Below, piece after piece: positions 60,654-64,000 of a stretch of 64,000 bases of DNA. Position 1 is the first letter of the stretch, and each line of letters starts with the position of its first letter. Under the pieces are notes generated by a model, which saw nothing but the letters and a program-made list of their open reading frames with translations, had not been told where the DNA came from and ran no database searches. This stretch comes from Longimicrobiales bacterium (lineage in GTDB: Bacteria; Gemmatimonadota; Gemmatimonadetes; Longimicrobiales; Gaopeijiaceae): NCBI GenBank assembly GCA_965249725.1, contig CBDFMQ010000002.1:544001-608000 (forward strand), written 5' to 3'. The translations under genes were made by a program, and so were the position numbers.

Positions 60654-63113
60654 ATGAGTCCGGATATTCCAGACTGGGAGTCCATTGATCCGACCGGCGA
60701 GGCCCTCTCCGAACCTGTCGGAGCGGCCCTCGACTCTGCACACTCGGTTGCCGGGTGTGTGGTCGTCTTGGTCGCATCGGACATCGACCGACAGTGGGGG
60801 GCCAATACGAGCCTGCTCATCGCCCGCGAGTGGGCTTCAAAGGGCCGCAGCGTGCTGCTTGCGGACGCGTCCCTTGATGACCCGGTCCTCCACGAAATCG
60901 TCGACGGAGGCGGGAGTGAGGGACTGTCCGACGTCATGCTCTACGGAGCTTCGGTCAAGCAGGTAGCTCGCCCGGTGGAGGGCGGTATTCTCCTGTGCAC
61001 AGCGGGCACACCCGTCGGTGACACCGAGGAGGTGTTGGCCCACCCCAAGTGGGATATGGTGATTCAGGGCTTCCAGGAGGCCGGGGCTCTGCTGCTCTTG
61101 CACCTGTCCGCTGGCACTCCGGGAGCCGGGACCCTGCTCGACAGGGCTTCGAGAGTCATCCTTATTTCAGAATCGGACGGAGATACAGCCGCAATCGTCG
61201 GTGCCGCGTCGGACCGGCTCCTCACCGTGGTCGGTCCTGCCGTCGCAGAGGAGGTGGAGTCCCCGTCCGAGCCCGCCACCGTCGTCGAGGAGGTGGAGTC
61301 CACGGGCGAGGCTGCGACCGTGCTCGAGGAAATGGAGCCCGCGACCGAAGCGTTCGCCGTTGAGGATGACGGCGAGGAGGAGGCGACATCCGAACCGGAG
61401 CTCGAGTCCGCTCCGACGATGGAAGTTGAGCCGGAGCCCGCAGAGGTGCTCGAGGAGGAGCCGGAACCGGAGGTTGAGATGGTCTCTGAAAACGATGGCG
61501 AACTAGAACCCGACCTCGAGTCGGAGCCGAGTCCCGAGTCGGAATCGGAGCCAACGGACGGCGAGCTCTTCTCGATGGACGAGCTTCCCGAGTCCACCGG
61601 CAACGCGGCGGAGCAGGTCGACGAGTCCGGCGCCTTCAGTTTCGACTCAATGTCGGGTTCGCAGTACGACGCGGACGATGACACCCAAGCGGAGGCATCT
61701 ATGGATGAGCCGGCTGCCCCGGTCGAGCAGACCCCTTCGCCCGGTGGTGAGGCTGAGGAAGAGGCCGAGCCCTCCTCAGAGGCGGATGAGGCGACTCCGT
61801 CCGTTCCGGAGGAGGCTGCCCCGGCGACGACGGAGGCGGTGGAAGACTCGGGCATGGTAGAAGGCGTGACCCGATCCTCATTGGAGATGGATGAGGAGGC
61901 CGTGGCGGCGGCGGCGGAGGAGGCCCATCTCGATATGGACGGCTTCGAGACCGGCGCAGGCTTCGATCTTGAGGATGCCCCGCAAGATGACGATGGCGGG
62001 GTCGCGGAAGAGCCGGCGTGGGGAGGTGAGGCCGAGGACGAAGAGGCGGCCTCTGATGATTTCGGCTTCGGTGGCGGCGGTCTCGAGGTTGAGGCCAGCC
62101 CCTTCGCTGAAGAGGACGCACCGGTCGATGAACATGAGGGCGAGGGTGTGGATGTGGGTGAGGAAGCCGCCGGCCTTGCGGGTGCTGCCGGTGACGAGGC
62201 TTTCGGCGATCGCGGTCCCCCGCCGGCGGAGCCCGATGCGCTCGACGCCGGCGATGACGGACAGCCTGCCGATACGGATGGTGGCTCCATTGCCGTAGAT
62301 CCGGCCGCCGAGGCGATGGGTGGCGGCCCGGAGACCGCTTCCGCCGAGGACGAGGCCCCGGATGTAGAGATCGAGTTCGACGATGCGCCCCCGGCCAAGA
62401 TGTCGGGGTTGGAGGAGTTGGAGCGTAGGCGGAAGAGAGGCGCGAGAGTTCGGCAACTGCTCGTGGCAGCTGCTACGGCGCTCGTCGTCGGGGGTGGAGG
62501 CGTCGGCATCGCGTACTTCGGTTTCGTCAACATTCCCGGCATTACGCCGCCGGATCGTGTGCGGTCTGGGGTGCCCGCCCCGGTGGAGCTCCCCGGGCCG
62601 ACGCCGGTGACACCTGTGATCAGCCATGTGCTCGCGGTCGATGCGTGGCGGAGCCTGGAAACGGCTTTGAGCACCGTGGATGCTCTTCGGGAAAGGCTTC
62701 CCGAGTACCTGTTCTTCATCACGGTCACCGAGGTGGACGGGGGTGACCAATACGTGTTGCTCGCGGGCCCGGCGTTCAGTGCGGTGGAGGCCAATGCGCT
62801 GAAGGAGCCGCTGGCCGAGGTCCTTGACCGATTGGATCCGGCCACGTGGACAGTTCAAGAAGCGAGGTATTCCTTCTTCTTCGGGGAGTATTCGGATGCC
62901 GCCGACGCGGCGGGCAGAGTGCAGTCTCTGAACGCAACAGCGATTCCGGCTCACGCTCTCGAGGTCAGCTATCCGGATGAGACCACGGCGATGCGCGTGT
63001 ATGGCGGCGCCTTCGTGGACGAGTTTCAGGCGGCTGCGATGGGACGACTCCTCCGCTCCAACGACCTGGATGACGTACGTCTGACTGAACGAAGAGGTCG
63101 ACTGCCCGAATGA
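60654..63113 (+). CDS. Paralogous SPOR-domain membrane protein with a degenerate P-loop domain and very long acidic linker
   Basis: GRSVLLADASLDDPVLH..EGLSDV..LCTAGT; several hundred D/E-rich residues; RRKR plus TM helix; YVLLAGP and MRVYGGAF. Start moved to ATG 60654. Confidence 0.72.
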   Translation: MSPDIPDWESIDPTGEALSEPVGAALDSAHSVAGCVVVLVASDIDRQWGANTSLLIAREWASKGRSVLLADASLDDPVLHEIVDGGGSEGLSDVMLYGASVKQVARPVEGGILLCTAGTPVGDTEEVLAHPKWDMVIQGFQEAGALLLLHLSAGTPGAGTLLDRASRVILISESDGDTAAIVGAASDRLLTVVGPAVAEEVESPSEPATVVEEVESTGEAATVLEEMEPATEAFAVEDDGEEEATSEPELESAPTMEVEPEPAEVLEEEPEPEVEMVSENDGELEPDLESEPSPESESEPTDGELFSMDELPESTGNAAEQVDESGAFSFDSMSGSQYDADDDTQAEASMDEPAAPVEQTPSPGGEAEEEAEPSSEADEATPSVPEEAAPATTEAVEDSGMVEGVTRSSLEMDEEAVAAAAEEAHLDMDGFETGAGFDLEDAPQDDDGGVAEEPAWGGEAEDEEAASDDFGFGGGGLEVEASPFAEEDAPVDEHEGEGVDVGEEAAGLAGAAGDEAFGDRGPPPAEPDALDAGDDGQPADTDGGSIAVDPAAEAMGGGPETASAEDEAPDVEIEFDDAPPAKMSGLEELERRRKRGARVRQLLVAAATALVVGGGGVGIAYFGFVNIPGITPPDRVRSGVPAPVELPGPTPVTPVISHVLAVDAWRSLETALSTVDALRERLPEYLFFITVTEVDGGDQYVLLAGPAFSAVEANALKEPLAEVLDRLDPATWTVQEARYSFFFGEYSDAADAAGRVQSLNATAIPAHALEVSYPDETTAMRVYGGAFVDEFQAAAMGRLLRSNDLDDVRLTERRGRLPE

Positions 63114-64000
63114 AACTGAGATCCCTGCGCGTTCATGGGTTCAAGTCCTTTGCCGACTCCACCGTCATCGACTTCCACGAGGGCATTACGGCCATTGTCG
63201 GCCCCAACGGATGTGGGAAGTCCAACATCAGCGATGCGGTTCGCTGGGTACTAGGCGAGCAACGTCCTTCCGCGATCCGCGGGGGGAAGATGGAGGAGGC
63301 AATCTTCCAGGGTTCGCTGAATCGTCGCCCCGTGAATCGGGGTGCGGTCACCATGGTGGTGAGCAACGAGGACGGCCTTCTTCCGGTCGCGTACGACGAG
63401 GTTGAAATCGGCCGTACCGTATACCGCGATGGGGGAAGCGACTACTCGCTGAACCGGTCGACCTGCCGTCTTCGGGACGTCGTCGACCTCTGCAGGGACA
63501 CCGGACTCGGGGCGAACGCCTATTCGGTGATCGAAAACCGGATGATCGACGCGATTCTCTCCGATCGGGCCGAGGAGAGGCGGCAGCTCTTCGAAGAGGC
63601 CTCCGGGATCGGCAAGTACAAAGATCGCCGCAAGGCAGCACTGCGGCGATTGGAGCATGCCGAGAACGACCTAACGCGACTGGAGGACGTCATCGCGGAA
63701 GTCGAGACCAAAGTGCGCTCGTTGGCTAGGCAGAAGGGCAAAGCCGAGCGGTACAAGTCTCTTCGGGAGCGGCGGTTGTCCGTAGAGGTCGCGGTGGTTC
63801 GCAACGACCTGGCGGATCTCGGTACCCGCCTGAAGGAGTTGGACCAGATCCTGGAGGGAGATCGCAAGACGGGTCAGGGCATGGTCGCCGAGCTTCGGGC
63901 GGCCGAGGCGACGTACGAGACGCTACGGCTCGAGGAAGTGACGGCGGAACGCGGCAGGGGTGAGGCGGCAGCGGCCTTGGACCAGGTGAAGAGCCAGCTG
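63110..64000 (+). CDS. smc: Chromosome segregation protein SMC; truncated by the window edge
   Basis: MKLRSLRVHGFKSFAD..GITAIVGPNGCGKSNISDAVRWVLGEQ, then coiled coil; ATGA overlap with the upstream gene. Confidence 0.97.
   Translation, partial: MKLRSLRVHGFKSFADSTVIDFHEGITAIVGPNGCGKSNISDAVRWVLGEQRPSAIRGGKMEEAIFQGSLNRRPVNRGAVTMVVSNEDGLLPVAYDEVEIGRTVYRDGGSDYSLNRSTCRLRDVVDLCRDTGLGANAYSVIENRMIDAILSDRAEERRQLFEEASGIGKYKDRRKAALRRLEHAENDLTRLEDVIAEVETKVRSLARQKGKAERYKSLRERRLSVEVAVVRNDLADLGTRLKELDQILEGDRKTGQGMVAELRAAEATYETLRLEEVTAERGRGEAAAALDQVKSQL

Noticed and set aside
61064..62845. 593-aa Ser-rich minus-strand ORF
   Set aside because: Reverse complement of Glu/Asp codons in the acidic linker of the SPOR protein.

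Overview
High-GC bacterial core-genome segment. Gene content and order suggest Gemmatimonadota; this is an inference from synteny and lineage-typical hypothetical proteins, not from a search. I see no IS, integrase, prophage or CRISPR array. Contents in order: an ECF sigma/anti-sigma/bactofilin-like operon; menG/ubiE; an M16 peptidase pair; mutM; purD; an M48 peptidase; a cystathionine lyase/synthase; glmM-glmS-dtd-maf-glpK; a variant (CxxxY CcmE) cytochrome c maturation operon; an NSS transporter; threonine dehydratase; a YjbH-like outer-membrane protein; a reductase/DedA-DUF547/double glycosyltransferase cluster; recA; alaS; a long housekeeping run (PHP phosphatase, gmhA, SDR, cca, rarA, hflX, DUF2520, pdxJ, flippase-like, ispE, tRNA-Gln); a Ser/Thr kinase-TPR gene broken by an in-frame TAG; prs-rplY-pth-hppA-M20; rpsF/rpsR-DUF2232-rplI-rsfS; two SPOR proteins with degenerate P-loop domains; and the start of smc. 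Most notable observations: (1) ribosomal proteins bS6 and bS18 are fused in one ORF behind an S6:S18-type leader; (2) a 14-nt repeat right after pth forms a chain of stop/start-overlapping minigenes (MKHQQ x3 plus a 17-mer) linking pth to hppA; (3) two paralogous proteins with a dead P-loop domain, acidic linker, TM helix and two SPOR domains sit directly before smc; (4) a recurring TGAAAC-N17-CGTA ECF promoter defines a small local regulon. All product calls come from motif recognition by eye. Several start codons were moved from the ORF track using RBS and overlap evidence.
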